In this document: positions 36,669 to 49,864 of the stretch, in pieces
Layout of the letters: every line of letters begins with the position of its first letter
Numbering within the stretch: the stretch's first letter is position 1
Assembly (NCBI RefSeq): GCF_000981445.1
Contig: NC_027219.1
Span: 248,001 to 312,000 of the forward strand
Reading direction: 5' to 3'
Length of the DNA: 64,000 nt
Source of the DNA: Babesia bigemina
Taxonomy: Eukaryota
Program-made: the position numbers and the translations under genes
The notes under the pieces: model-generated
What the model was told of the DNA's origin: nothing
Databases searched by the model: none
The model's input: the letters and a program-made list of their open reading frames with translations, nothing else

Positions 36669-37765
36669 ATGGCATTCCATTCATATGTCAGGCATATTTT
36701 TAGCCAGGTAGTCCCGGTGTCCCGAAGCGTGCCAGAGTGCCGAAATGGGTTGGTTCGGTACACCGCGGCGGTCGCCAGAACCGCTCCCTCGTCGTTGGAA
36801 GCCGTACGACGAGACGGTGTATCGGCGGCGCCAATTCGCGAGCCAGTGCTGCGCGTAAGCGAAGCTGGCGTTGACTTCGTCGAAGGCGCCGGCAGCGAGG
36901 TCCTTCTTACGGAGGTGGAGGATGAGATGATACCTTCCGTGCCGCATATAGACACCAACAGTTTCAAGAACTACATCGAGATACCCAACAGCGGAATCAG
37001 GGGTCTCTTGTCGGCGAGGTATGCCAAACTTCAATGTTGCTGGTAGATGAAAACGTGCCGCCGTTGTGTCGTACGCTCGTGGTTTCTATGCTGGCCGCCA
37101 TTTGCTTGCCTTGCTAACCTATACGCAGCACCGCGAAGATTCTAACCAACAGTCCGATACCATTCAAGGAATACGTGGAAGGCAGCCAGAACGCACACCA
37201 CTATCCCCTGAGCGTACTGCCGAGGAAGCTTTCCGCGAAGCTGGGGGGAGATGTCATGGTTACCACGTATGATGTGCACGAAAAAGACTACAGCTTGGCG
37301 GATGGTCGGCGAGTCATGTTGAGCGTTATTCCCACGTTGAAGAGCCAGCCTAGCGAGGTGTTGTTGCAGAAATTGCAAGGGAAGAACACGCTGCTCGTGG
37401 TGTTCTCCGGAGACCCGCCTTACGCTGACGCGAATAACGCCCTTGAGTGGCACTCGGCAGCTGATTTCGACGTGCACAAGCACCTTATCTTGAACTATGC
37501 CTGCCCTGTGGGCATGTCGCACTTCTACAAGCGGTACGTGACGACGCTCGCGTCGTCACTCGTCAACCGCTGCAATTTCAGCTGCGTCATGCGCAAGCTG
37601 AGCGCCGAGGAGACGATAGCGTTCCACCAATACCGCCGCAGCTTCACCAGCGTCCTGCTGCTGGACCGATACGGGTACATCCGCTGGCACGCGGTGGGGA
37701 AGCCGACGCTGGAGGCGCGATACCTGCTAAAGGAGGCCTACGACCAACTGCGGAGCGAATGCTGA
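36669..37765 (+). CDS. ATP10: Mitochondrial ATP synthase assembly factor ATP10-like, 2 exons
   Basis: In-frame intron 37019-37128; C-terminal VLLLDRYGYIRWHAVGKPT matches the ATP10 motif; presequence-like N-terminus. Confidence 0.7.
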
Positions 37766-38041
37766 TCGCTACCTGTGTAGACATTAAGCCAACTGTAATT
37801 CAATAGAGGCCACGTCTTGAATCAGTGTAGCGTGTTATTTCATATGGTAGTGGCACCGTGCGGCACTGCCAGTTGGCAGCCCCAACCACGCTGCTGCCGC
37901 GCACGCCCACACCCAGTCACGGTTGTGCCTCGCGTGGTAACGCGGCATTGGTCATGTAGGTTAGAAGTAGAACACTGTGCGTCTGTGGACTGTATGCTGT
38001 ACAGTATAGCAACATTTAAAGGGGGTTCAGCGGAGCCGAGT

Positions 38042-39783
38042 TTACTGTATGGGCGGCGTCTGGCTGGCATGCTTAACGGTTTCGTCGATGGACAGCACCT
38101 GGCACGCGGCCTCGGTGGCTGCGTAGATGGCGTTCTTCTTCACCAGCGCGGGTTCCCAGATGCACTCCTTGAACGCATCGACGACGTCGCCGTTGAGGCA
38201 GTTGACACCGGACCAGTTGACAGCCTCCTTGCTCACGGCGTGTTCGCGCCTGAGCTTAGATAACACGTCAATCGCGTTGAAACCGGCATTTTGGGCCAGA
38301 GTCTTGGGGATGATCTCCAGAGAACGGGCGAACGCGTTGATGACGAGCTGCTGCTTGCCGACCACAGTGAGCGAGTAGGCGAGCAGCATCTTCGACAGCT
38401 CCATTTCGACAGCGCCGCCGCCGCCGAGGATGCTGTGGGTCTTGGTTGCCCTCCTCACGATGCAAATGGCGTCGTTGAGCGAGCGCTCGCTCTCTTCGAT
38501 GAACTGCTGCGCACCGCCCCTGAGGATGATGGTGGCAGTCGTGGTCTTCGGGCAGTCCTCGAAAATGTTGAAGCGCTCGTTGCCGATCTGCCTCTCCTCG
38601 AAGCACCCGCAGGTGCCGAGCACATCGGTGGATATGCCGTTGACGGTGTTCTGGATGGACGCGCCGGTGGCTTTGCTGGTCCTAATCATGTCAGCCGGCT
38701 CTACGCGCCCCGCTGCGAAGATGTTGCGATCAGCGAAGAATTGAGTGGCAATGTCGCCAATGGGGAGCTTGGACAGCACGATGTTCGCTCCCATCTCGGC
38801 GATTTTGTTGAGCTTGTCGTGCAGGATGGTCCACTCGGCGTCGATGATGCTCTGGAACTGCGTTGGGTCCTTGATGAGAATCTCTGCATTTTCTTTCTCT
38901 GCCCTCAGCTCGAGCTCGATGTTGATGAGCAGGATCTTGGGGTTGATAAACTTCTTCGGCTGCTGCTCCGCGCCGGCGTAGGTGAAGGTCTTCTTGAAGG
39001 CCACGCCCTTGACCAGCATGGTGTCCCTGCAGCTGCCTCCAGTGACCTTCTTGATTCCGATCATGTCCTGGTCGAGGTAGCTGTCCAGCAACATGACGGC
39101 GTCGACCACGATCTCGGCGAAGAACGTCTTGTGCCCGGAGAGGAGCTTGGAGTTTAGCGACGTCTCAGCGCACTTCACGAGCAGCGAACGCTTCTCGCTC
39201 TCATCCTTGCCGCTGAGGTTGACTGCGATTTTCTCGATGTGGTCAAGCGCGCGCTCGCAGGAGATGCGGAAGTACTTGATGATGACCTGCGGGCTGATGC
39301 CGTCTATGATGAACTGCTTCGCCTCAGTGAGCAGCTCGCCCGCCAGAATGGCGACTGAAGTCGTGCCGTCCCCGACCTCGTCATCCTGCGACTTGGCGAT
39401 GTCAACGAGCACGGCGGCAGCGGGATGCGCGACGTCAAGAAGCTTCAAGACAGTTGCGCCATCGTTGGTGATGGTGACGTCGTTTCCTGTGTGGATGAGC
39501 TTGTCCATGCCACGAGGCCCTGTAAACAGTTAGCAAACGGCAAAATCGGATGTAACAGTTACGAAAAAGTAAAAAGAAGCTCTACACGGCGCTGATGGCC
39601 GCCGTAAGGACCGCCCAGCGTCTCTATGGAGGTCTTCGGTAAACGTGACTCACCTAGCGTGGATTTAATGCAGTCCACGATGACCTGGCAGGCGTTGATG
39701 TTGCTGATGATTTGCGCGCGTCCCTGAGAGGTGTCAGTGCCCTCCTTGAGGAGCAGCACTGGCAGATTGAGTAGGTGACTCAT
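38042..39783 (-). CDS. CCT7: T-complex protein 1 subunit eta, 2 exons
   Basis: [55 protein letters not shown]. Confidence 0.95.
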
Positions 39784-40123
39784 CTTGCGGGTGTGTACCT
39801 ATGCGCGCCTTCTGCGGTTGTTTGTGCCTCGCCGCAGCCAGGACCGTTGTAGACAGGAATGTGGATTGCTCCGTCAACTATTCTGCGTCCGTTGTAGTGT
39901 CCTAGCTGGGGTCGCATCAGTTCGAGTGGTTTGACGGAGACGTTGGCTCCGCCCGCCGTGCACGCGTACTAGGGCGCTGCGGGTACGGCCACTGAAGGGA
40001 CCCCGCCACCGCAGAGAAGCGACCTTCTTTGGCTCTCGTGACTAACCCTTTAAAGTGACTTCGCGGGCGCCCGAAGGTTCGGTCTGCCGCTGGAGTTTCG
40101 GCTGGCAGTTGTCCCCGAGTGCA

Positions 40124-40477
40124 ATGTTCGCGCTGGTTTTTTCCCGGGGCTTCGCCACGCACAATAATTCGGTGTCGATTCTACAGCAACACTACAACCG
40201 TCTTCCGATTCGTAAGAAGTTCATACGAGCGATTAAGCGGGGCACCCTGGTCTGGGATCGCGGCCAGGTACGTCTTAGTCGAACGGGACGAAAGCAAACG
40301 CCATCGCCAATTGCGACAACGAATTTGACTGCTGTTTAGGTTAAGATTCCACCGCTTCACTGCGAGGGGTACGACCCACCACGGCAGTGCCTGTTGCCGA
40401 ACGAGCGTCACCGGCGCCGCCAGTACCGCGGCCGCTTCGAGCATCTGCAGTCGAAGCGCGTCTCCTTCTTCGACTGA
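40124..40477 (+). CDS. Small basic 93-aa protein, probably mitochondrial, 2 exons
   Basis: Exons 40124-40267 and 40340-40477 join in frame across a GTACGT...TTTAG intron; starts MFALVFSRGFAT; Arg/Lys-rich. Confidence 0.7.
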
Positions 40478-41108
40478 CCGTAACATATCGCATCTTAAAA
40501 TAAGCATTCTGTATACAGAATCACCCACTGAGTCATTGTGTCCTCATTGATTGTCGGTCATACACAGTCAGCGACCTGGTTTGGACGTTGATGTTTTCGA
40601 TACGGGATGCTCGCATTGAGCGACCAGAGTAATAATACTGCAATTAAGGTATGACAAAACCATGTCAACTTGTGTAGATAGAGCTTGAATACGCCCATTG
40701 CCGTGTCTGCCGTCTGCATCGAGCAACAGCGTGACACTCACGTTGATGCGCTGTTTCGACCTAGTAAGGCCTGGCATCATGGACTAAAATATACATTAAG
40801 ATACACGCCCGAATCGCTCGTATGGGCCATAGTAGCGCCGTGATACGGCGACTCATCAAAGGCGACGAAGGATTTGTCGTCTCGGTGATTCGGTGACTGT
40901 GGCGTCAGACGAGCCCACGGAACTGCCGTAGGCACCAACTATTTATAAATCAGTGAAATACTACAATGTGTTGTGATTTGCATCGCGTCTAACTGAGTGA
41001 TAAGCCACGCTGCTCGTCGAGCCTCATATTGCGAGGCTTCGTGCGGTGGACCGTCGGGCTTCTTGCAAAACACTTGGCGCCCAAAATGATAATGACCATC
41101 GCGCGTAA

Positions 41109-44100
41109 TTGATACGGTCAGAGCTGTGTCGGGATCAGAAGTTCGTAGAGTCGTTGGCCATGGGTTCTCCGAGCCGAGGTAAGAAGGCTAGGGATACCTC
41201 GGAGGACGTGGACGAAATCTACAGCCGTCCACGGGCAGAGGTCAGGGAGCTGGTAGACGAGGATGACGCGGCCAGCGGCGCGCCTCGCGGCTACGGGCCG
41301 CCGGCCGACAGGAAGGACGACTACGCGAGCGGATCGGACGAGGAGCCCGAGGTGTTGCAGAACAACAAGTCTATCCTGGCGCGCGAGGACTCCTACAGGC
41401 GGCAGCGCCTGGAGCGGAAGCTCTCGCCGGAAAGGTTTGACCCCTTCGCGTCAAGCTCCAATCCGGAGGAGCGCACGTACTCGGATATCATGAAGGAGAC
41501 CGAGATCATGCGCACGCGCAAAGACATCGAGAAGTTCATGGAGCGTGAGCGCATTTCCGTGGATGAGGCGCGTTCCATCGACGGGAAGCGTTCTCGCCGC
41601 TCCGGCTTCGACGAGGAGGACTCGGCTGCCTTTGCCGAGACCCCGCTGGTGGAGAGCGGGGCCTACGCGGAAACACCGCAGCTTCAGGCGGGCGCCTACC
41701 CAGAGACGCCGAAGATAGGCGATGCCACACCCGGGCCCGAGATCAAGAAGCGCATGTCCCGTTGGGACAAAACGCCGCAGATGGAAGCGCAGACACCCAC
41801 CGGCACGCCCATGGGCCTTGGGGGTTATGGCGCAGCCACGCCCTTCACGCCAGCAGGGTTACAGCCGGAACAGTACGCCTTCACCACCGATCGCAACCGC
41901 TACCTGACAGACGAGGAACTGGACGAGTTGATTCCTTGCGAGGGTTACGAAATCATTGAGCCGCCGGAGGGATACATCGCAAGCAAGTACGTGAGTTACC
42001 ACAGCCACCAAGTCCCGGAGTCCCCGAGTTTCGTCATCAAGGACGAGAATCTGCGCAAGCCATACGACATTCCCGGAACGCCGTCACTGTTACTGGATGT
42101 GGAGGTCAAGGCTGAAGACCAGCACTTCTTCGGCAAGTTGTTCGACGACAAGACGGAGGAGGACCTGACGGCCGACGAGATCACCGAACGACGCATTTTG
42201 GCGCTGTTGCTGAAAATTAAAAATGGCGCGCCGCCGTTGCGTCGCCAGGCTCTGCGCCTGCTGACGCAGAAGGCCAGGGAGTTCGGGCCCGGGCCGCTGT
42301 TCAACCAGATCTTGCCGCTGATGATGCAGACCACGTTGGAGGACCAGGAACGTCACCTGATGGTGAAGGTGATAGATCGCATTCTTTTTAAGTTGGAGGA
42401 CCAGGTTCGCCCGTATGTCCACAAGATCTTGGTCGTCATTGAGCCCTTGCTGATCGACGAGGACTACTACGCGCGTGTGGAAGGGCGTGAAATCATCAGC
42501 AACCTCAGCAAGGCCGCGGGACTCGCCACGATGATAGGTACCATGCGTCCAGATATTGACCACCCAGACGAGTACGTGCGCAACACCACCGCACGTGCGT
42601 TCGCAGTCGTGGCCCATGCCACTGGCATCCAGTCACTGATCCTCTTCCTCAAGGCCGTCTGCCAATCGAAGAAAAGCTGGCAAGCGCGACACACGGGAAT
42701 CAAAATCGTGCAGCAGATTGCCATCCTCGTGGGCTGCGGAGTCCTGCCGCACCTCAAGCAGCTGGTCTCGATCATCGCGCTGGGCCTCGAGGATGAGGTC
42801 CTGAAGGTGCGCACAATGACGGCATTGGCTCTGGCCTCATTGGCTGAAGCGAGCGCTCCGTTCGGTATTGAGGCCTTCGACATAGTTCTGCGTCCTCTGT
42901 GGAAGGGTATTACTGAGCACCGGGGCAAGGGGTTAGCCGCGTTTTTGAAGGCCATCGGTATGATCGTGCCGCTCATGGACCCCTATTACGCGTCCTACTA
43001 CACGAAGGAAGTGATGAACATCCTGGTCAAAGAGTTTTCCACGCCGGACGAGGAGATGAAGCACATCGTGCTCAAGGTCGTGCGGCAGTGCATCTCGACG
43101 GAAGGCATCCAGCCGGATTATATCCGCCAGGAGCTCATGGACCCGTTCTTCAAATCGTTCTGGATTGTGCGTAACAGTATGGACAAAAAGAACCTGGACC
43201 TGATCATTGAGACTACCGTCGAGATTTCCAACAAAGTTGGACTAGAGGTGATACACCGTTTGGTCGACGACCTCAAAGACCCGTCGGAAAGTTTCCGCGT
43301 GATGGTGGCGCAGTGTATAGAGGCTGTGCTCATCAGCTCTTTAGGCCACGACGCCGACCAAAAGGTGGAACTCGACCAGAGACTTGAAGAGCTGCTCATA
43401 GACGGTATGATTTACGCCTTCCAACAGCAGGCCTCCGATGATTGCACCGTGCTGTTGGAATCCTTCGGCACGCTGCTGCATTACCTCGGCGATCGTAGTT
43501 TGCCTTATTTGACACAGATTGTGGGTGTGATTCGCTGGCGACTGGGTACCCAGAGTCCACGCACACGTCAGCAAGCGGCGGACATGATCTGCAAGATCGC
43601 GCCGATCATGCGCCAGTGTGGCCGTCAGGATATGCTTGCCAGCTTGGGGCTGCACCTATACGAATACCTGGGTGAGGAGTACCCAGAGGTTCTAGGCAGC
43701 ATATTGGGAGCCCTGAAGGCGATTGTCTCTGCCATCGGTCCGGCGGCAATGTCGCCTCCCATCAAGGATCTGCTGCCACGCCTCACTCCCATCTTGAAGA
43801 ACCGGCATGAAAAGGTGCAGGAGAATGTGATTGAGCTCGTGGGGCGTATTGCAGACCGCGGAGGAGACCTTGTTTCCCCCAAGGAGTGGGATCGTATCTG
43901 TTTTGACTTGCTCGAGCTTCTGAAGGCCAATAAGAAGAGCATCAGACGTGCGACCGTTAACACCTTCGGTTACATTGCGCGCACAATCGGTCCAAACGAC
44001 GTTATAGCGACACTGCTTAACCATTTACGCGTGCAAGAGCGACAGCTGCGGCTGTGCACCACCATCGCCATTGCCATCGTCGCGGAGACGTGCCTACCGT

Positions 44101-44639
44101 ACTCCGTTCTCCCGGCGTTGATGACGGAGTACCGCGTGCCCGAGATTACCGTGCAGACCGGAGTCTTGAAGGCGCTGTGTTTCCTCTTCGAATACATTGG
44201 CGAGATGGCCAAGGATTACATTTACGCCATCACGCCCCTCCTGGAGAACGCGCTGATGGACCGCAACTTGGTGCACCGTCAAACGGCCGCCTGGACATGC
44301 AAGCATCTGGCGTTAGGCGTTGCGGGTTTGAACTGCGAAGACGCGCTGCTGCATCTGCTGAACTACGTCTGGCCCAACATTTTTGAAACCAGCCCCCACC
44401 TAACGCAGAGCTGCTTCGACGCCATAGACGGATTCAGGGTGGCCCTGGGGCCGAGCGTGATATTCCACTACATTCTGCAGGGGCTCTTCCACCCGGCGAC
44501 AAAGGTGCGCGAAGTCTACTGGCGACTGTACAATAACCTCTACGTGGGCAACCAGGACGCCTTAGTCCCGTTGTTCCCGCTGGTACGCGAAGGCGTGGAG
44601 AACCGCCACCAAGCAACGGAGCTTTTGTACACCCTATAG
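41109..44639 (+). CDS. SF3B1: Splicing factor 3B subunit 1; start uncertain (first ATG 41160)
   Basis: SRWDKTP repeats, [15 protein letters not shown] region [11 protein letters not shown]...[30 protein letters not shown]. Confidence 0.97.
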   Translation: MIRSELCRDQKFVESLAMGSPSRGKKARDTSEDVDEIYSRPRAEVRELVDEDDAASGAPRGYGPPADRKDDYASGSDEEPEVLQNNKSILAREDSYRRQRLERKLSPERFDPFASSSNPEERTYSDIMKETEIMRTRKDIEKFMERERISVDEARSIDGKRSRRSGFDEEDSAAFAETPLVESGAYAETPQLQAGAYPETPKIGDATPGPEIKKRMSRWDKTPQMEAQTPTGTPMGLGGYGAATPFTPAGLQPEQYAFTTDRNRYLTDEELDELIPCEGYEIIEPPEGYIASKYVSYHSHQVPESPSFVIKDENLRKPYDIPGTPSLLLDVEVKAEDQHFFGKLFDDKTEEDLTADEITERRILALLLKIKNGAPPLRRQALRLLTQKAREFGPGPLFNQILPLMMQTTLEDQERHLMVKVIDRILFKLEDQVRPYVHKILVVIEPLLIDEDYYARVEGREIISNLSKAAGLATMIGTMRPDIDHPDEYVRNTTARAFAVVAHATGIQSLILFLKAVCQSKKSWQARHTGIKIVQQIAILVGCGVLPHLKQLVSIIALGLEDEVLKVRTMTALALASLAEASAPFGIEAFDIVLRPLWKGITEHRGKGLAAFLKAIGMIVPLMDPYYASYYTKEVMNILVKEFSTPDEEMKHIVLKVVRQCISTEGIQPDYIRQELMDPFFKSFWIVRNSMDKKNLDLIIETTVEISNKVGLEVIHRLVDDLKDPSESFRVMVAQCIEAVLISSLGHDADQKVELDQRLEELLIDGMIYAFQQQASDDCTVLLESFGTLLHYLGDRSLPYLTQIVGVIRWRLGTQSPRTRQQAADMICKIAPIMRQCGRQDMLASLGLHLYEYLGEEYPEVLGSILGALKAIVSAIGPAAMSPPIKDLLPRLTPILKNRHEKVQENVIELVGRIADRGGDLVSPKEWDRICFDLLELLKANKKSIRRATVNTFGYIARTIGPNDVIATLLNHLRVQERQLRLCTTIAIAIVAETCLPYSVLPALMTEYRVPEITVQTGVLKALCFLFEYIGEMAKDYIYAITPLLENALMDRNLVHRQTAAWTCKHLALGVAGLNCEDALLHLLNYVWPNIFETSPHLTQSCFDAIDGFRVALGPSVIFHYILQGLFHPATKVREVYWRLYNNLYVGNQDALVPLFPLVREGVENRHQATELLYTL

Positions 44640-44707
44640 AGGCTCATTTGCATCGCTAAATTTGAATATGAGTACTGCATTCAAGAGTGGCTAGGTTATG
44701 TATAGGG

Positions 44708-45572
44708 TTAGAATGCTACCCTGGTGTCGTTCGGCTGCCTCTTGCTAAGTATCTTGGCATGTGCTTGGAGGGTGATGAGCCGGTTTCTCATGGCTTCGAT
44801 CTTCTGGTCGTTTATCTTAGCCTGGTGGCTGAGATAGGCGTACAGGTTCCTTATATGGTTGCAGAGCTCCGCGTCGCCTTCGAGGTCGTGGTGGCCGCGG
44901 AGGTGCATGGACTCCTTAGAGTACTCCCACTCCCTGAGGTTGGGGTCGCCCACCTCGGCTTCTATCTCGTTGTCCAATGCTTCTATGCGATTATTGAGGG
45001 TTTCAAACTTGTGCTTCAGCGCATCTATCATGGAAAGCACGCCTTGGGATACCGAGGTCTCCTCCTTTAGGGCTTCCTCCGGAGCATCGGCACGCTGCGC
45101 GTACGTGGTTTCGCCTGCAATATCGAATGTGGCTTTGAATTTCAACATTTCGAAATGTTATGTGTGAGGACTCACCTATCGGGGTATGGGTGGCTCGCGT
45201 CGTCTCATGTGCCACTGTGTTCTCCACCGGGGCATGTCTGCCTAAAATTTCAAGGCGTTCCTTGATGCTATACTCCTGGAGGTTGTACAGTAGCGAGTAG
45301 TGATCCAGGAAGTCGGCTTTGATTGCGTCTATGGACTCCTTCAGGTTCCCACTTAGGACTCCGGTTTTCGGCTGCGGCGGATTGTGTTGAGAAGGCTCCG
45401 AGGGGGCGTCGACGAGGGTGTTGACCAGCTGCTTGAAAAGCAAAGAGTGCTCATTCATCTCAGTTTTCCGCTGGAACGCTCCATTGAAAGCGCACTTAAC
45501 GAGTGAGCAGTACACGTCTGGGTCTAATACCACCTTGTCAGTGACATCGTCGCGGCCAGAATGCTGCGCCAT
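44708..45572 (-). CDS. Hypothetical coiled-coil protein, probably 2 exons
   Basis: Two adjacent protein-like ORFs with a GTGAGT donor near 45176. Confidence 0.55.
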
Positions 45573-46355
45573 TTTATCGGTGGCCGCAGATGCGATGTTA
45601 AATGATCAAGCTGTCGTTGCTTGCAAAACACCGGTGAGCTACCGGGAGTTGGTGAAGCGGTTTGCGGCTTCGTTATACACAACGACGTCGAGGGAGTCGA
45701 AACGCCGAATCACAGCCCGCTTCGTCAGCTATGCCACAGGTAGCGCTAAACCACGTTAAATGACTAAATGTTAGCAACGACTTAGCCGTTATATCGGCGC
45801 GACGCTGTCCGCCTGGACGTCGACGCCGCGGTGTCGACTCTGCCAAAGGGGTGCACCCAGCGGCGTCGGCGCGTTGCTTACTTTAAATGTGTACAGCAAT
45901 TGTTTTACGTCAAGTGAATTTTATTTTGCGCTTTTCCGCCATACATAGTATGCTGCTTGTCTCCCGGGTGCTCTGTCACAGCAACGGTTATGTCCCCGCC
46001 TTCCGTAGTCGCCACCGCTGTAGCCAACACACAACATTGATACACGTGCCACAAGAGCCTATTTTAACACTCAACGCGTCATTGCAGTCACAGAACTGCC
46101 TTGCGCAACGAAACAAAGCAACGGCAACAGACAGCGGCATACAGCACGTCCCTGGTACTTAACAAGGCGGTCTGCAAACTACGCAGCAAATTTCGATTTA
46201 AAATAAGTTATATGTGACACGTTCGTCGCGACACATTGGTCGATAAGGCATTATATTACGCAGTCTCTGTGGGGACGCTCGGGCGCGGATTCCGCGGCGT
46301 CCCTCGGGACTTTGCGTTATTTCGCAGACGCCTGAGCGAGGCTCGTAGCGCAGCG

Positions 46356-47901
46356 ATGGCATTCATATGTTCCATCAGCGGCGTGCAGCCGGAGGAGCCG
46401 TGCCTCAGCCGCACTGGTTACGTGTTTGAGAGGCGTCTAATCGAGAAGCACCTCGATGAGAATCCTACCTGCCCAGCCACCGGCGAGCCGCTAACCGTGG
46501 CGGACTTAATACCCATTAAATGTAAGTCGTGCTCCTCAGTAAATAGTGCCCCCTCGATGTGTTGGCTATACATACGGTGTAGGTGACAAGACAGTGCAGC
46601 CGCGGCCGGCCTCGGCCATGAGCATCCCCGGCCTTCTCTCCCTTCTCCAAAGCGAGTGGGATGCACTTGCCCTTGAGACGTACAATCTGCGCACGTACAC
46701 CAGCGACGTGCGGAAGCAACTCTGCCAGAGCCTGTATGAGCATGACGCAGCAACACGGGTGATCGCGCGGCTGATCAAGGAGCGCGACCGTGCTCTCCAG
46801 CAAGTTGAAACGCTCGAACAGCAGCTGCTCGAGTATCGCGCCAACTACGATGCTGGAGCCATTGAGGTGGGTCTGGACGACGACAGCGTAGGCCGCATTG
46901 AGGAACTCGCCAAGGCGTTGATGGCGGAACGCAAGAAACGCGACGTGGGCGTCTTCACACGTGCGGACGAAATCGCACAGTTTCGCCAGACAGGCGACTA
47001 CAGGACGCACAGTTCTACCACGCCGGGGATTCTTTCCGTCGCATTAGATGAGTTCGGCTACACGGGCGGGCGCCATGCGTGCTTCACTGGTGGTGCCGAC
47101 GGCAACGTGATCTACTTTGACCTGGAAAGCGGCAGGACGCTTTCCAGGTTGGTTAGCCACATGAAGGCCGTCAACTCCGTGGTCTCACACCCGTACTCTA
47201 ACATCGTAGTATCGGGGTCCGACGACAAGACCGTGCGCATGTGGCGGGCAGCCGACGACGGCGACCATGAGTACAACTGTACTCACGTGGTGAAGAGCAG
47301 TAAGGCGCCAATTACAAGTCTGTCGTTGCACGCTAGCGGCGAGTACATCCTAGCCTGCTCCTCGGATGGGTTCTGGCACCTGGTCGAACTGGAATCCGGC
47401 CGCGTGGTTAGGGTATGCCGAGACATTCCCTCTGTTTGCTCAAGCGTCAAGTTCCACCCCGATGGGTTGCTGGCGTGTGGTAGTGGCATTGACGGGACAG
47501 TACATATTTGGGACCTTCGCACTCAGGAGATTACCAGCAGCTTGAACGACGAATCGGGATCGCGCTTGAACTCTCTTGATTTCAGCGAAAATGGGTACCA
47601 TTTGGCCACAGTTTCTGATGACGGACGACTTTCACTCTGGGATTTGCGCAAAAGTGAAGCTTTTGCTTCCGTGGATTGCAACGGGTCTCCCTCTGTAGTC
47701 AAGTTCGACCGCTCCGGTTTGACTTTGGCCGTAGGCTCCACAAAGGTCGAGCTCTACAGCCTCGTAGACAAGACTAATGTGCTTTCCAGTGGCACATTGG
47801 AGGGACACGACGGATATCTCACCGATTTGGCTTTCGGCAACGACTCAAGTTTCATTCTGACGACGTGCAGGGACAAAAGCCTGCGCGTGTTCTCCCAGTG
47901 A
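46356..47901 (+). CDS. PRP19: Pre-mRNA processing factor 19 (U-box, coiled coil, WD40)
   Basis: MAFICSISG..PEEP..S..GYVFERRLIEK; SIPGLLSLLQSEWDAL.LE; LYEHDAATRVIARL; intron 46522-46582. Confidence 0.95.
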
Positions 47902-48074
47902 CCTGGATCTTGCCCGATGTTTACACCTCAGTCTTCTACCGCTGCGCACATCCTCGACATCGTCTTAAGTTGTGCGGTGGGTCGATTCGAACGCCCAGAC
48001 TGGCCGAAACAACGGGCTTCGTGCCAGCCCTTGGGCCTTCCACGAGGCCTGCTCGCAGTCCAACACTTTTTATA

Positions 48075-49600
48075 ATGGGCGACATTTTCGCCAAATTGGC
48101 GTCATATTCCGGCGTCAGAAAATCGCTGTCGTCGCAGCGTGTCAGAGAGAAGGTCAGCTTTGACCAGGAACTCGCCATCGCAGACAGTCACGGCGACGCC
48201 GTCGAGGGAGCCACTTGCCTGGTCACCTTCGATGAGCTCCGCACACTTAGAGAAAACAGTGATAATTTGACGTGGCTAATAGATTCGCTTCATTGTCGTT
48301 TGAAGCTCTCTTCGCCGTCGCCTGTCCAAGCCAGCGTTAGTCGTATTGGTTACCATTGACGTGTTCGCAGGTCATCCCTTTAGCGCTCAAGGGGGAGGAT
48401 GTGTTTGCCGTAGCGCCTACGGGTTCAGGCAAGACGCTGGCCTACCTAATACCCATCCTTCTGCAGCACAAGGTGAGCGGAGCCTTCTTGTAAACTATAC
48501 GGTGTCAGAAACAGAAAGCAATACAAAGCCTCGTCTTAGTGCCAACTGTCGAGTTGGTGAATCAGGTCACTCGCGAGTTGGTATATTTAATCGGTAGGTG
48601 TATTTTGTAGTCATTTGAAAAGCCATCAGGAGATAACGATGTGGGCATCCTTCCACTAGACCCGAAATGCAGTCAGTTGGACAAAGAAATTTGCATATCC
48701 ACTCCCGCAACGATGTTATCAGTGCTAAAGAAACGCAAAGATGTATTGTCTAAACTGGAGCTGCTGGTGGTTGACGAGGCCGATGTGCTTTTTGACGGCG
48801 GCTACGCACGCCACTTCGACAGCATCCTAGCATCCCTTGTAGAGGTCAGAGGACTTAGAAAGATGCTATTCAGCTCCACAATGCAACAGCAAGTACTGGA
48901 TCTTGCTGCGAGCTTTATGCCTAGCGCAGTACATGTATCGGTGGGCCAGAGCACAATGGCATGTAAGAACGTCCGTCAGGAGCTCATTTGCGTCACAAAC
49001 GAAAACGGGAAAGTACCGGCGCTGAGGCAGCTCATTCGTGAAGGTCGAGTGGACCTGCCTTGTCTGGTGTTTTTGCAAAGCGTGGAGCGGGTTGGGCGTG
49101 TATACAGTCAGCTGAAGGACGATAACTTGCTCGTCGATCGCCTGACCGGTCGCCTCGCACCTGCCGAGCGGGAAGAACTGATAAATAAGTTCCGGCTATC
49201 GAAGATTTGGGTTTTGCTTTGCACCAACATATTGGCACGTGGTTTGGACTTCCGAGGTATCGGGAGTGTGGTGAACTTCGACATACCGCTTACCGCGCAG
49301 GACTACGTCAACCGGATAGGGAGGTCAGGCAGAGGCGAAACAAGCGGCAGTGCGATAACTTTGTTTACGATGGACGACGTGAATATAATGGGGCCCGTGA
49401 TAGACATTATGCGCCGTTGCAACCAGGAGGTGCCTGAGTATCTCTTGCGCTGCGAACAGAAGAAGGCGAACGTGAAGCGCCCTCCAAACCGCCAGAGCGA
49501 CGTGTCGCAAAGAAAGCGCCATAAACATAGATGTGCTAAGGTAAATGGCAAGAACGTGGCGAACTCAAATGGGAAACAAGTCATAAAGCAGGAACCATAA
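48075..49600 (+). CDS. DDX52: DEAD-box RNA helicase ROK1/DDX52-like, multi-exon
   Basis: [48 protein letters not shown] typical of ROK1; three short introns. Confidence 0.8.
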
Positions 49601-49864
49601 GGTGCCTTCACCACTTGGTCTTTAACGACCTAAGCTCCCGTTATGTACAGCGGCGCAATGAACGTATATACTACGCTTGGACACGCCGTATAAACAAACG
49701 ATAATCTGTTGACGATAGTAGCCGCTTCGTACCTTAATGAATACCTTACCTTGGTATGTAAGGTGATCGTTGTCCACGCAGTGGGAGGATTAACATACAT
49801 TGTTCCATTAGATATATTTGTCTAATGAAGCAATCAAACTTGTGTATTGCTATAATAGGCATAC

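Noticed and set aside
39900..40030. Structured ncRNA closed by GGGGTCGC/GCGACCTT
   Set aside because: No tRNA, snRNA or SRP motifs recognised; GC-rich bidirectional promoter sequence pairs by chance
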